The notes under the pieces are model-generated. The model searched no databases. It saw only the letters and a program-made list of their open reading frames with translations, and was not told where the DNA came from. The position numbers and the translations under genes are program-made. From Octopus sinensis (Eukaryota), in NCBI RefSeq assembly GCF_006345805.1, contig NC_043013.1, positions 33,852,001-33,916,000 of the forward strand: a stretch of DNA of 64,000 nucleotides, given 5' to 3'. This document shows positions 51,344 through 64,000 of the stretch, in pieces. Positions within the stretch are counted from its first letter, which is position 1, and each line of letters starts with the position of its first letter.

Positions 51344-52937
51344 TCTGAATAAACAATCTAACAATGTCAGCCTGCGTACTACGTATTGTAGATGTCAGGT
51401 CAATATGTAGCCCTTGTGATCGGTACAAGAGGAACATATCATTAAAACCAAGCAGACACTAGCTAATATGCTTTTGGGTTTATGAAGATAGAAATATAAC
51501 ATCATTTATAAATTATTAATAGTTAACGATCTGAAATTAATTAAAAAGGTTTTTTTTTATCATTGATAAATAGCAGTAGTTGCAATAGCATTTTTATCCC
51601 AAGACAGAGTTTGCAAGCACTCGAATAGTTAAGGGCTCATTAATGGCTGCCCAATGAGATGTTTGGAAAGAAATTTCTTTGTTTTCCTGAATCTCTATAT
51701 GAAGCAAAACAAGATGGTAAATTGTTCCCTGTCCTTGTAAGTGAAGCATTGCAAAAGCTATGCAGCTGTTCTTTTAACATTATTGGTTCATAAGTATGTG
51801 CATTTGTTTGACGTCATCTATTGTGATATTAAAAGGCTTTTAGTTTTGTCCTATTGGACAAACTCAGTCGCGACTAGGACTCACCACTCCCATCATCAAC
51901 TTATATCATGGTTTGAGAGTAAAGTGTTTTGCTGATTCATTCAACCTGCCACCCTGGACTTTTAATCCTTCTATTTGAAAGCCTTATTTTACGTGAGATA
52001 TTTCACAAGAAGCCCCTTAATGCACAACTGAATGGTAATGTGAATTCCTCTACATGTATATATGTGTGCGTGCGTGCGTGTATGCATGCATATATATATA
52101 TATATATACACATCTATACTATAATAGAAAAAGCTGCTTATTAATTAGGTATGTAACAATTACTAAAAGTACAAAAAAAAAGCAATTATTAAAGGGATGA
52201 CCGTCTGGAAATATTTTTATAAATTTGTGTTCTAAGCGGTTTCCTATAATTTCGATTTCTCAAGTTTACTGAATTTTTTTAACTCCAGTTTCTCGCAAAT
52301 TTAAATATTCATTGCATTCACTGCGTCTAATTCTTCACAGATTTAAACATTCATTGCACTCACTGCAGAGTATTCCATTTTCATTTGTAAAGTCGCTCAC
52401 TTTCTCTTTTAAGTTTTAATTCGTTATATAGAAAACCGACAGTTTATTCTACTAATGAATACGTAATGTAAAATCATTATTTATTGAATGAATTTTTTTT
52501 TAAATACCCGTATAGTTTTGAACGCGAGATGGCTGTGAGAAGAGCCTAGAAAGTTGGATAATTACGATTAGAAGACGAGGAGAAAAAAGTTACCAACAAG
52601 TACTCGAAACTTGCACCTTATTCACAATTTCCAAACATTCTATACCACTAAGCCAATATATACGCAAATAAGTTGTACGAGCGACTTCAACAGTTACACA
52701 CACACACACACACGAATACACACTCACGCACACACATATGTACACATACACACAAATGAAAGGCAATTAATGTGTGTGTGTGGTGTGTGCATATGTTTAT
52801 GTATGTGTGTGCTCACTGACAAAACTTCGTGCTGCATCACTTTTGTGAAGTTTTGTCAGTGAACAGGTCATGGTTTCAAAGCGAAGAAAATATTTTGACA
52901 CAAAGGAAATTTTAAAGATGAAGCGAAACTGGTAAAA

Positions 52938-53135
52938 CTTAAATACAGCGGTCCCTTAACGGTACTACTTAAATACAGGTGTTACGTACAAAACGTTTTA
53001 AAAGTACGCTATGTGGACGTGTACTGACACCCTAACCTTAACCCTAAAAACTAACCCTAAAACTAAACCTAAAACTACCCCACCTTCATATCGTTACGTA
53101 GATGCATCGGGACCACTGTATTTAAGTAGTGCCGT
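52938..53135. mobile_element. Small TIR element with internal CCCTAA-like repeats, nested in the fold-back family
   Basis: Right end gggaccactgtatttaagtagtgccgt (53109-53135) is complementary to two overlapping left pieces (52938-52955 and 52959-52978); both flanks match the 21255/29539 family. Confidence 0.6.
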
Positions 53136-54939
53136 GAAACTAACAGCTTTTGTGTGTTCTCGAATAGCTTACAAACATCTTCCACGATGCAATTGTTTTT
53201 GCTTCAGGACACGATCTCAGATCGAGTCACTTGCTATGCAAGTACATTTCCGTAATTCTTTTAAATCACTGTGGATTGATCTTCTCAGGTTCTCCAATAT
53301 TCTAATTTCTAAAAAAAACAATCGGGGGCAGGGAGTGGGGTTGCAAAAACTTAATAATTTCTCAAATTTTCTTTTTTATAGCATATAAACGTATTTAAGT
53401 GGGGGAGGGGAATATTAAAAAAACATCAATACATGCGGGAGTGATAAAGAAACGAGGAGGGTTGTCTTTTGATGTGCTAGAAACAACAGCCAATCGCCAT
53501 TAAATCACTCTCTTTTCCCTCTGGAAATATTAACGTTTTTTTTTTATGGAAAATGCTTTTCCCTGTGGTTTTGATATGCAAAAAAAAAAACTGTACAAAA
53601 TAGGTCTGCAGTGAGATGATGAGGGAGAAGGTGTAAATAAGAGTTTTCAAGACTTTTTCCATACAAAGGTGCCCCCAACCCCATCATTTCGAAGGCTGTG
53701 GTTTACAAAATGTGGTGGGGGGGATCCCCGAAAAGATCTTCTCCACAAATTTCTTTATAATCGTAATTTATGCTGTTTGAAAGGGATTTGTATAAATTTT
53801 CATTAAAATATACCCATCTTTCTGTAAGTTATTAGGGAAAAAAGTCAGATCGTGTGAATTTTCCGAAACTCATCTCTCCACCCCTTCGGAAAAAATTCTT
53901 TCCCATAAATCCCTGTATACTCTGAAGCCTTTTTGTTAAAAGGTATCCATTTTCTGGATGTTATGTGGCAACAATTTCGGGGGCATATTCATCCGTAGTA
54001 ATGCCCTTTTATTTATCCGATTGTTTTCATTTCATGTTTATTTCATTCTTTGTTTGAAATGGTCTCTTTCTCTCTCTCTCCCTCTCTCTCTCTCTCTTTC
54101 TTTCTTTCTCTCTCTCCCTCACACACACATACACACACACACTGCATAGCTTACGGATGGGCTGCTGAATTGAAATCTCTATGTTGTGAGCACTATTATA
54201 AAAAGAAACAATTAGATGTAAAATGCAAATATTATTAGAATTGAGAATCAAATGGGAAAATATTATCGAGGGGCTAGCAGAAAACCGTCCGGGGTGGCTG
54301 TCTTTCTGCTAGTATGTGTGTGTGTATACACACATACATTATGTCATGTCACTTGTGAGGTCTCTCATGAGTATAACTCGTAACATGGAAACCAGTACAA
54401 CTTGTTGCATGTTAGATTCATAGGTAACTAAACTGGCACCCTCACTAGGCTTGCCCTGTAAGGATGATTGCTAGAAACTTATATAACCTATATAAGTTCA
54501 ACCACTAGCTAACAATAGCACTGGCTCCCAGAAATTCTGGGTTTGTGTCCGGCATACTGGAAGACCACCAGGAGTGAGGCAATTCTCAGCTAGCTTTTAA
54601 AGCATGTCTCTAGGAGAAGGTCACTCTGATATAAAACTAAATATGCAGGGAATGCCACTAAATATTTTGGGGACCTCTTGCTTGCGCTTGAGATCAGGCG
54701 TTCCCGCATTCTTGTGACCCATTTTGGCACTGAATATCTTGCACCTGCTTGTCTGTGGATTATGCAACTGAGTGAGAGGATCTGTGAAATATTGTGCAAG
54801 CCTTACTGGGCATAAAATTTTGTGTCACGCAATCACTGGCGTGGTGACTTTCTGATGCCCAGTTGGGCAGAAAAGTGCTGATGAAGATCTGCTGTTAGAA
54901 ACGTCAACAATATTTTTCTTCTTTTTAAAAGTTGGAACA

Positions 54940-55105
54940 TCAATTGGCTATGATGTAAAACGCCATGGAAAGATCCATGCTTGCAAATATCATTCAGAGA
55001 GAACATTCGAAATTTGATTATTTAAAAATGGAGCACAGTGAATTATATGATTGCAGAATACCAACAGTACAAGTTCTACTGGGCTGGACATGTCGCAAGG
55101 TTCAC
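54940..55105 (+). pseudogene. RTE-clade LINE ORF2 C-terminal fragment
   Basis: AMERSML..REH..MIAEYQQYKFYWAGHVAR; WAGHVAR is typical of RTE ORF2. Confidence 0.75.
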
Positions 55106-56974
55106 ACCATGTGGTTGGGAAGCAAACTTCTTACCACACAGCCACTCCTGCCCCTATTTTATATATATTTTTTCTATATGTATGTACATTATTAAAATTC
55201 AAAGTGATAAAATAAAACATTTAAATACAAAAGACCAAGAACAAAAGCTACTAAATGAAACTTGAGAACTGTTGCAAATATTGAAAAAGTAATAATGAAA
55301 TAGAAATTAAATAAAATGTAAACACAAGCTGATTACCTGAAAACCAGGAACACCAATATCTGGAAAAGAAAAATTGAGAAAAAATATGTACTTAGAATTA
55401 AGGCATAACACATTAACCATACAAAATATGAAAAGTAAATATAAAGAAAATTGTGTACAAATGCAAAGAAAATTTTAAATTAGTTTTGTAACTAATTGCA
55501 AGAGAGAAGAACTAGGAATATATCATGAAACTCTCAAAAGAATGATAATCATTTAATAAGTAGTGTTAATAATCAATTTGAATAATGGTTATTTAGATAG
55601 CAAAACAATAAAATGTGTGCATGGACACACAAGTGCATTGTTGAATCACTCAAAACATTTTATTCTTTACATAAATATATATGATGATACGTAGTAGTAA
55701 GATTCAAAGATCTAGGTGTAGGAAGTTAGTAAGTTTCAAGCAGTCCGTAGAAGAAGAAAACAAACAACTTTCAGGGACAATAATAGTTTATTGGCTTAGA
55801 CGGTTGTAGGTGTTCGCCATATCGAAGTTCGATAAGATGAAAAGGTTCTGTTCTAGTTCATGGTTAACATCCAGGGTTCCTAACTATGCAAATAAAAATC
55901 CAAATGTAGGGAATGGAGCATCTAAAATTCAAGCTACATATATTTGCTAGCTAGAAGAACCCTGGAAGTAACAATAGCTCAACGAGGGGTACTCTACTAG
56001 CTACTTCTTAGGCCAAAGATACCTTAGGTAAATGAAGGCTACATTGATGTCAAGGGGTTCCTAAGTTAACTCACAGGAGATGTTATTCAAAATGAGTGGC
56101 GAAGATGGAAGTGAAGAAACAAAATGGAAGAGCAAATATATGAAGAAATAAACTATGGGAGTGGGCAATTGTCTAAAGTTGTTAAGAATAAAGAAAAGTA
56201 GAGGGGAAAAAGTGGGGAATTTTGATTAGATTGAAACTGATTAGGGAAAGATCGTGGTGAATATAAGGTTGGGGTCATTTAAATATATTGTCACACCCAT
56301 CTATATACATTTAAACAGAATCAAAGGAAAGAAAAAAAATTAGAAGTAAAAATGTCAGGAGAAGAAGAGAGGTGGATTTGTTAGAAGAGAGGAAAAAAGA
56401 AGGCAAGATGGGAAATAAAGTTACTGGTCATCAGGGTAACATAGTAGTTCGAGGTAAATTGGCGGTTTACCCATAACAGTAAAACTATATGTTCTCATAT
56501 CTGCGCACACGGGTACATTTTCTCTCTGCACTTGTGGTATCCTATAGGTGTGCACATGTACATACAAGCCTGCATATTCTCAGGTGCAAAGAGGACGATG
56601 TAGGAAGATCAGAAGGTCAAGGAAATATAAATGTTGTAAATACATAGAAGACTTGCGATTGGAGGTGGACGAATAGTTAGAGAATAATTGGGGAGGGTGC
56701 TATTATTTGTACCTTGAGAAATGTATTGCATAACCTATGTTTAAAATTAAGAATTAGGCTGTCCCATTTATTCAAGCAATTGTTACATTGCATAACAGAT
56801 AAGACTTCTGTGATGCAGAGGTCACATCTGTTGTTATAACCATTATATGGTTTGGCATGAGTAACAATGGACCATTTTAAATTGCATAGAACTGTGTTCT
56901 ATACAATTGTATACAACTGTATGTGTGTGTGTGTGTGTGTATAAAGACAATGATGGAAATGTATGTGTCACTAT

Positions 56975-57170
56975 GTGACCGCGTGTGTATCGTTGGCAAT
57001 TTTCTTTCTCCGTCTTCCCTTCTTTGGATTTTTCTATATTTCTGATGAAGAGCTCCGATCGAAACGCAAAATTCTTTTTCTTTTCTTTCCTTTCCTGAGC
57101 GTCCAATAACACATTACCACGTCCTCGCGATGCTGTTTTTCTTACTTGTTCTTGCTTGGATTGACTACAT
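56975..57170 (+). mobile_element. Penelope-like relic with the best hammerhead core
   Basis: attt-CTGATGA-A-GAGC-tcc-GATC-GAAAC-GCA-aaat at 57038-57072. Confidence 0.6.
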
Positions 57171-57205
57171 ATATATGTATATATATATAATATATATATA
57201 TATAT

Positions 57206-57275
<70 letters not shown>

Positions 57276-59149
57276 TACATACTTATTACATATACAACAC
57301 CACATATATATATATATATATACATACAAATACGAATAGAAAAGCTTAAAGAAGGTACAACTCTGTTTAACACTCTCCTGTATTTCTTAATTTGAAAGGC
57401 ATTTACATTGAGATTTGAACCACTAACCGTTGAATCCTCTTAAGGTATCCTACACAGGCCAGCATGGAAAGTGAATGTAGAACATTAATGGTGATGTATG
57501 TGTGTATGAGCAAATGTATAAATATTCCTAATATAGTAAGAATACGTTATTTGTCATCGATGATAGGAGATACTTATATCATAGAAGTTCCTTAGAAACA
57601 CACAAGCACACAAACACACATAGAAAGATGTACACGTCTTTATATGTATATGTACATACACACTCATACACCCCTCAACTTCCATCCATCTTTCACATTC
57701 CCAACTTCCATATCATTTCGTTCCCTAACCCTACCTGGTCCCCACTTCTCACAACTATATCTATCAATATTAAAAAAGAATAAATAAAGTTCAAAGAGAC
57801 GGAAATTGAGCAAATTCTTTAGACCATATTAAAGTGGATCACAAAAAGTCTCAGAAAACTGCCAAGCAGACCCTCAAGTAAAATAATTTCAAACTGTGTA
57901 TGCATGTCTGAGTGTATGAATCTTTGTGCAAGTGTACACATACAGACCCGTATATGTGTGTGAGTGTGTGTATACATATATACGTGTGTATTTCTTTGTG
58001 CCTTATATACATATTTGACTGAATATATATAATATATATGTATACAGATTATTTACGTGTATACCCACACATACAAGCACAGAGTATATTAAAATGCATG
58101 TGTGTGTGCGTGTGTGTATGTATGCCTGTGTACATGTGTGTAGATATTTGTGGTCACATACAGGTGTTGGTAGTTGCCACAGCTAGTTGTAGGGTGGGGA
58201 AGCAACCGTGAGTCACCTTACTTCTATGAATGTTGGCTTCAAAACCATATACAGACAAGGACATTTTATGATAAACATGTACTTTATATATGTGTGTGTG
58301 TCTGCATATGTACATATATTCATACATATGTATGTATGCAAGTACATGCCTATGTAATTGTGAATGAGGGTGCTGAAGCATCTATTTTACAAGAAATAAA
58401 TTAAAAGCTCATAATGATGTAAGAAGCGTGCAATATATATACGCTAACAGGGGAGATAACTGCCCCATGTACACCCCTCGGATCACTAGACTAGACTAAC
58501 TTCACTTAGTTTCGTAGGCTCACCAGTAGTGACTATTCACACGGTTAATGGCTTGGTTAAATCCAGTAGTTTAGTATATTTGTATTTTACCACAAAAATT
58601 TGGCTGATTTAGTGAAATGATAATGCATACATTAAAAATTAATATAAACCGCTAGGCGCAATATAATACTATGCAGGATAAATTTTATCGTCACTAATTG
58701 TGACAGGATGTTGAAACACTAATATTGCAAGATTTAAGAGTTAAAAACTCTTAATGCTGTTATAAGTGAGCAATATGCATACACTGACAAGGGAGGTAAC
58801 TGCCCCATGAGCACATCGAGGATCATTAGACTAGTTTCACCCATCAGTCATAAGGCTTGTCAGTTGTGACTACTCAAACGCTCGATGGTTTGGCTTAATG
58901 AGCGGGTACAAGTTGAGGGAGGGGGGGTTAGAAAAGTATGTTGTTGGGAAAAGATCTCACAGTAACAGTGTGTGCAGGATGTTTCATGAGGGAGGGTGGG
59001 AGATAGAGAGGAGGAGAAGTGCTTGGAAGATGGGATGTGGGAAGAGGTTTGGCAGAGAGAGGTTGTCACCAGCACACCATTTGATCTCCATTTTGCTTAG
59101 CTGGATGGGTCTTCTGAAGCGCAGCAATTTTCTTGTTATTTTGTCATCC

Positions 59150-59500
59150 CCTCTAAGAGGCTCAACATCCTTAATCCCCAAAGGATTTACTAATTTATAT
59201 GCTGTCCTGCTTTCTAGTACTTTGGTCTTTGCTAAATCAATTCTAAAGACCTTTGCTATACCCGAAATTTCTTCTGTAATTCTAGTAGGGATTCAGGTAT
59301 TATAAGAAGGTCATCAGTATAGAGAAGATCCCATGGGTGTAACCACTTTTAAATTAATCTTATCTGAAGGACTATGGTAAATAAAAGGGGGTTGAGGAGA
59401 ACTAGTCCTTTCTGAACTCCTACTTGCACAATAATTTCGTTGCTATACTGATTGCTGACTTTCACCTTACTGACGACATCCCAGTACATGGCTTGGTTGG
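59150..59500 (-). pseudogene. RTE-X-like LINE reverse-transcriptase fragment
   Basis: VSKVKVSNQYSNEIIVQVGVQKGLVLLNPLLFTIVLQ, PWDLLYTDDLLII (YADD-like) and RIDLAKTKVL in broken frames. Confidence 0.8.
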
Positions 59501-59666
59501 GCCTCATTGCCCACAAACACACGAAATTAGTATGCAAGTAGGAGTTCAAAAAGACCAGTTCCCCTCAATCCCTTTTTATTTACCATGTGTGTGTGTATGT
59601 ATGCCATTTCCTTGATACCACATGAGGGTTGTAGGGTTGTATATGAAACCATCATCATTACAAATA

Positions 59667-59850
59667 ATGCTGCTTATTTCCAGTTTTCTCTAAAAGCATA
59701 TCTGACCATGGGGAAATATTAGCTTACTGGGAAACAGGTGAGGATTGGTAACAAGAAGTACTTCAAGGTGTAGAAAATCTACTTCAACAATTCTGCCTGG
59801 CCCATGCCAGCATAAAAAGAAAGCAATTGTTAGAACAATAACAACAACAG
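59667..59850 (+). mobile_element. Old retroposon 3' fragment with AAC-repeat tail
   Basis: ccatggggaaatattagc..aaacaggtgaggattgg..cccatgccagcat; resembles a recalled abundant octopus repeat end (not verified). Confidence 0.45.
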
Positions 59851-59980
59851 CATATACTATATATATATTATATATATATATAATATATATATATATATAT
59901 CTATATATATATATATATATATATATAAGTAAAAATAAGTTCAAAACGAACAATTTAAACTTTTCGAGAGATCCAAAGGA

Positions 59981-60220
59981 GAGAGAAAAAGAGGTTGAAT
60001 CCGAATTAGATTTAATACAAAATTGGATTCAATCATACGCCACGTTTCAAAAGACAATACAAATATGTAAGAAAAAATTATAATCATAGTAATTATAATT
60101 TAATTATAATACTATGATTATAATTTTTTCTTACATATTTGTATTGTCTTTTGAAACGTGCTTATGTATTGAATCCAATTTTGTATTAAATCTAATTCTG
60201 ATTCAACATCTTTTTTCTCC
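59981..60220. repeat. Long near-perfect palindrome (~120-bp arms, almost no spacer)
   Basis: 51-bp perfect core arms at 60041-60091 and 60110-60160; outer arms about 90% matched. Confidence 0.9.
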
Positions 60221-60271
60221 TCATTTTTATACTTGTTTATGGTATTTCTACCTATAACGATATTTTTCAAC

Positions 60272-60303
<32 letters not shown>

Positions 60304-60383
60304 AATATATATATATATATATATATATAATTAATCAATAATTATATATATAATTTATTGAAACAAGACTTAACTACTCTATC

Positions 60384-60456
60384 CTGAATTAATGTCCAAA
60401 CATTACTAAGCTACCGACAGCTTTGGTAGCTCCGTAATGCTTGGACATTAATTCAG
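60384..60456 (-). other. 73-nt stem-loop (32-bp stem, 9-nt loop)
   Basis: 60384-60415 pairs with 60425-60456 with 3 non-Watson-Crick positions. Confidence 0.8.
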
Positions 60457-60599
60457 TATGAACGAGATGAGACTTGTTTTGACTTTCTCCCTTAAAATAA
60501 TTACATATATATAATTAGTAATTTAATATATAAATTGTTCATTTCCATGCTGACTACCTGATAATTATCGTTAATGTGATTTTTATAATCATTTTATGA

Positions 60600-60636
<37 letters not shown>

Positions 60637-61355
60637 GGTACAAATATGTTTGTGTGTATGTATGTGTGCATACACAAGTGTATATTTATGTTTACCATCT
60701 TTAAACTGTGCAAAAATTACAAACAAAAGACTCCACAATAATAATAGTATAAGTACATAGAGTCATTACTTCGTAAAGAAACGTCCATGGAAACACAACC
60801 GTTAACAAAATATTTCCCTTAGTTATTCGTATACAAATGAATAAGAACAAACACTCATTTGCTTGGAATAGTTGACGGTTGGTGACAGATCAACTCTTCG
60901 AAAATCGGGGTCAATGAACTTGATCCTACTAGTACAAGAACGGTGGAGGAAAATAGATAAAAAGACAATGATAATATTGATGATGATGATGACACTGGTG
61001 ATGATGATATTATACATAAGTGTGTGTGTATATATATATATATATTATTTATTTATTTACACATATATATAAGTATTTGTATGTATGCGTATTTAAATAT
61101 ATATATATATATACGTATCCATAGGCAACTATATATTTTACATTTATATAGATATATATATATAATATATATATATTATATTATTATAATAATGGGTGTG
61201 TGTTGATATACATATGTGTATATATATATAATATATATATATATATATACATATATAAGCATTAAAAGAAGTATATTTTATATATACACATGTTTAAATA
61301 CATTTTTATTTATATATATGAATGCTTATATATACAATATATATCTTGATGACAT

Positions 61356-61410
<55 letters not shown>

Positions 61411-62797
61411 GTATGTATTTATTGCATATTTATATATATGTACATATTTATTTACATATATTATATAATACTTTTATATACACAGATGTACAGACACGCA
61501 CACACATATATACATGTATAACATGTGCATGCAAGTATGTGTAAACTATATAAATAAATTGTGTATGTTGATAAAGAGATAATATACAGATATCTGGATA
61601 TCGAGATACATACATATAAGAGCTCACACACATACATACATGCATACACATGTACCTGTATAGGCATGCACACAGACATACACACAAGAGACACACATAC
61701 TCACACATGCACACACACACACACATACACTCACATATCAATATATATATATATATATATACGTGTGTATTATATATATTGGTAGGGAGTTTTGATCCGG
61801 AAATGATATATAATTGATTCTAAGCACTATTATTTCTATTTTTTTAAAAATTCTATGAAATTCACTAAGCAAAATAGAGAGACAGAGAAAATAAGGAGTA
61901 ATTAGAGAGATGAGAGAATTACCTAAAAACATATGCAGATATAAAATGAGAGTGAAACATCCTTGTTTGAGGAATATGTACATAAAGGTAGAGGGGTGAG
62001 AAGGTAACGTGACAGAAACAGAGAAAGAGAGCGAGGGAGGGAGGGAAGGAGAGGAATACAGAAAGTGAGAGAAGGAATGAGAGAGAGAGAGAGAGGGGAG
62101 AAGTAGGATGAAAGAAACAGACATGTGCACAGTAAAAAAAGCAAAATTGTCATGTGACCATATATCAAAGTTGTAGAGCAGAAGAAAAACTCTTCCCATT
62201 TGAAGTGATTATTTCACAAATGAAAGAATATATACATATATATATATATATATAAATGTATGTATGTATATATATATATATATGTATGGATATGAGTATA
62301 TATGTATAGTCATATATGTATATATATATATATCTATATATATCTATATATTATTTAGATATATATATATATATATGCATATATAAGTGTTAATGTATTT
62401 ATCAAAAGCTATTCATACATGCACACACGTATGTCAGCGTTTGTGTATGCATACATATATTTGTGCATTTGTGTATCTGTATGACAATGAGGGGTTGCAG
62501 TGCATTTATGCATCTACGTATACACACAATTACGTAATACATTCTCAGAACATGCACACACAGAATGTCACAGACACGTGCTCACAAGCTTCCACAAATA
62601 CATACCAACAATAAGCATACATACGTACATATATATGCATACATATATAAATACTTATACACACATACACACACACACACAACATATATATACATTGTTA
62701 TACACATATATATTCATACCTACACAAATGTATATTTATATGTGAAGATTGCAATATTGTTTTTATAACATTAAATATATATAAAGTTAATTTTAAT

Positions 62798-62840
<43 letters not shown>

Positions 62841-62846
62841 CATACA

Positions 62847-62892
<46 letters not shown>

Positions 62893-62908
62893 ATATATAT
62901 ATATATAT

Positions 62909-62945
<37 letters not shown>

Positions 62946-63208
62946 CATCTATCTACTATATCTACATATATGTGTTTAAGTGAGTGTGAATGTGTGTGTG
63001 TGTATTTATGTATATAAAACTTTATATTATAATTTCACATTTTCTAATCTTCATCTTCTCTCTAAATAATTTAGAAGGGAACTATTTCCAATTTTTGTTT
63101 TGTATTTCCTTTATGTTATATTTTTTTACTCATTTCATGTCAAACAGTATTTCAAATCTTCCTCCAGAACTTGTTCACTCATAAACACATTACCCACACA
63201 TGTGTATG

Positions 63209-63249
<41 letters not shown>

Positions 63250-63306
63250 ATATATATACATATATCATCTATCTACATACATACATAGTATATATATATT
63301 ATATAA

Positions 63307-63345
<39 letters not shown>

Positions 63346-63351
63346 GATATG

Positions 63352-63391
<40 letters not shown>

Positions 63392-63445
63392 TATATATGT
63401 ATGGATATATATATATATATAGATATAATAATATATATTTATGTA

Positions 63446-63504
<59 letters not shown>

Positions 63505-64000
63505 ATTGTACCAAAGAAGACAAGTACTCAATATACAGAATTGTCTGTATAAGCGTGTAAGCATGAAACTTAAACATTGGCATACAGTTTTATCACATGA
63601 TTTTCCCCCACCATATATGTGAGAATGCGTACGTGTAGGTGTGGATGCATGCATACATGTGTGTATTTGTACATATATATACATGTATATGTTGTATATA
63701 TAATATATTTATATAATATATATATATATATAATATATATTAATATATATATGTATGTTATGTATGTATGTATATCAATGCCTTAAGAGATCTAATTAAT
63801 ACCTTGATCTTTTGAAAGTTTTCTAACATGAGAAATGAAAAAACATCAACTCATATACATACACGTGCATTGTATGTATGTGTGTGTGTGTCTGTGTGTG
63901 CGTGCGTGCGTGTGTATGTGTGTGTATTTTCATGTGTAACTGTACATTTGTTAATGTTCTGGGGTGCATGTGTGAAACAGCAATGTGTACATTGCTGTGT

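Noticed and set aside
54274-54312. 10-bp stem hairpin ending in CTAG|T (possible Helitron end)
   Set aside because: Too short, and no matching 5' end was found.
58898-59305. 135-aa plus-strand ORF, the longest in the track
   Set aside because: Largely antisense to the RTE-X fragment plus a purine-rich tract.
1056-63684. The many ORFs rich in YI, CV, HT, YVCM or YLSI repeats
   Set aside because: They are translations of (TA)n, (CA)n, (TACA)n and (TCTA)n microsatellites, which lack stop codons in some frames.

Overview
Eukaryotic, AT-rich, microsatellite-dense animal DNA. The SINE families and (TA)n/(CA)n/(TACA)n load look like an Octopus genome; this is inference from remembered repeat motifs, not a database hit. 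Almost all ORFs in the supplied track are microsatellite or antisense-repeat noise, and I see no rRNA, bona fide tRNA or CRISPR array. Most of the window is transposon debris: at least four tRNA-headed SINE families, three decayed mariner elements plus a mariner MITE, a non-autonomous Helitron, CR1-like, RTE and RTE-X LINE fragments, Penelope-like relics with minimal-hammerhead motifs, and several fold-back elements. The main result is a candidate three-exon minus-strand gene assembled by hand (38651-38321, a 52-nt exon, 17335-17218). It has GT-AG junctions and matching phases and encodes a 166-aa putative secreted precursor: a poly-Ile signal-like segment, an RR site and a 7-Cys domain ending in CxC. 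Its middle exon lies inside a near-perfect ~706-bp tandem triplication. All coordinates and identities were read by eye; repeat ends are approximate.
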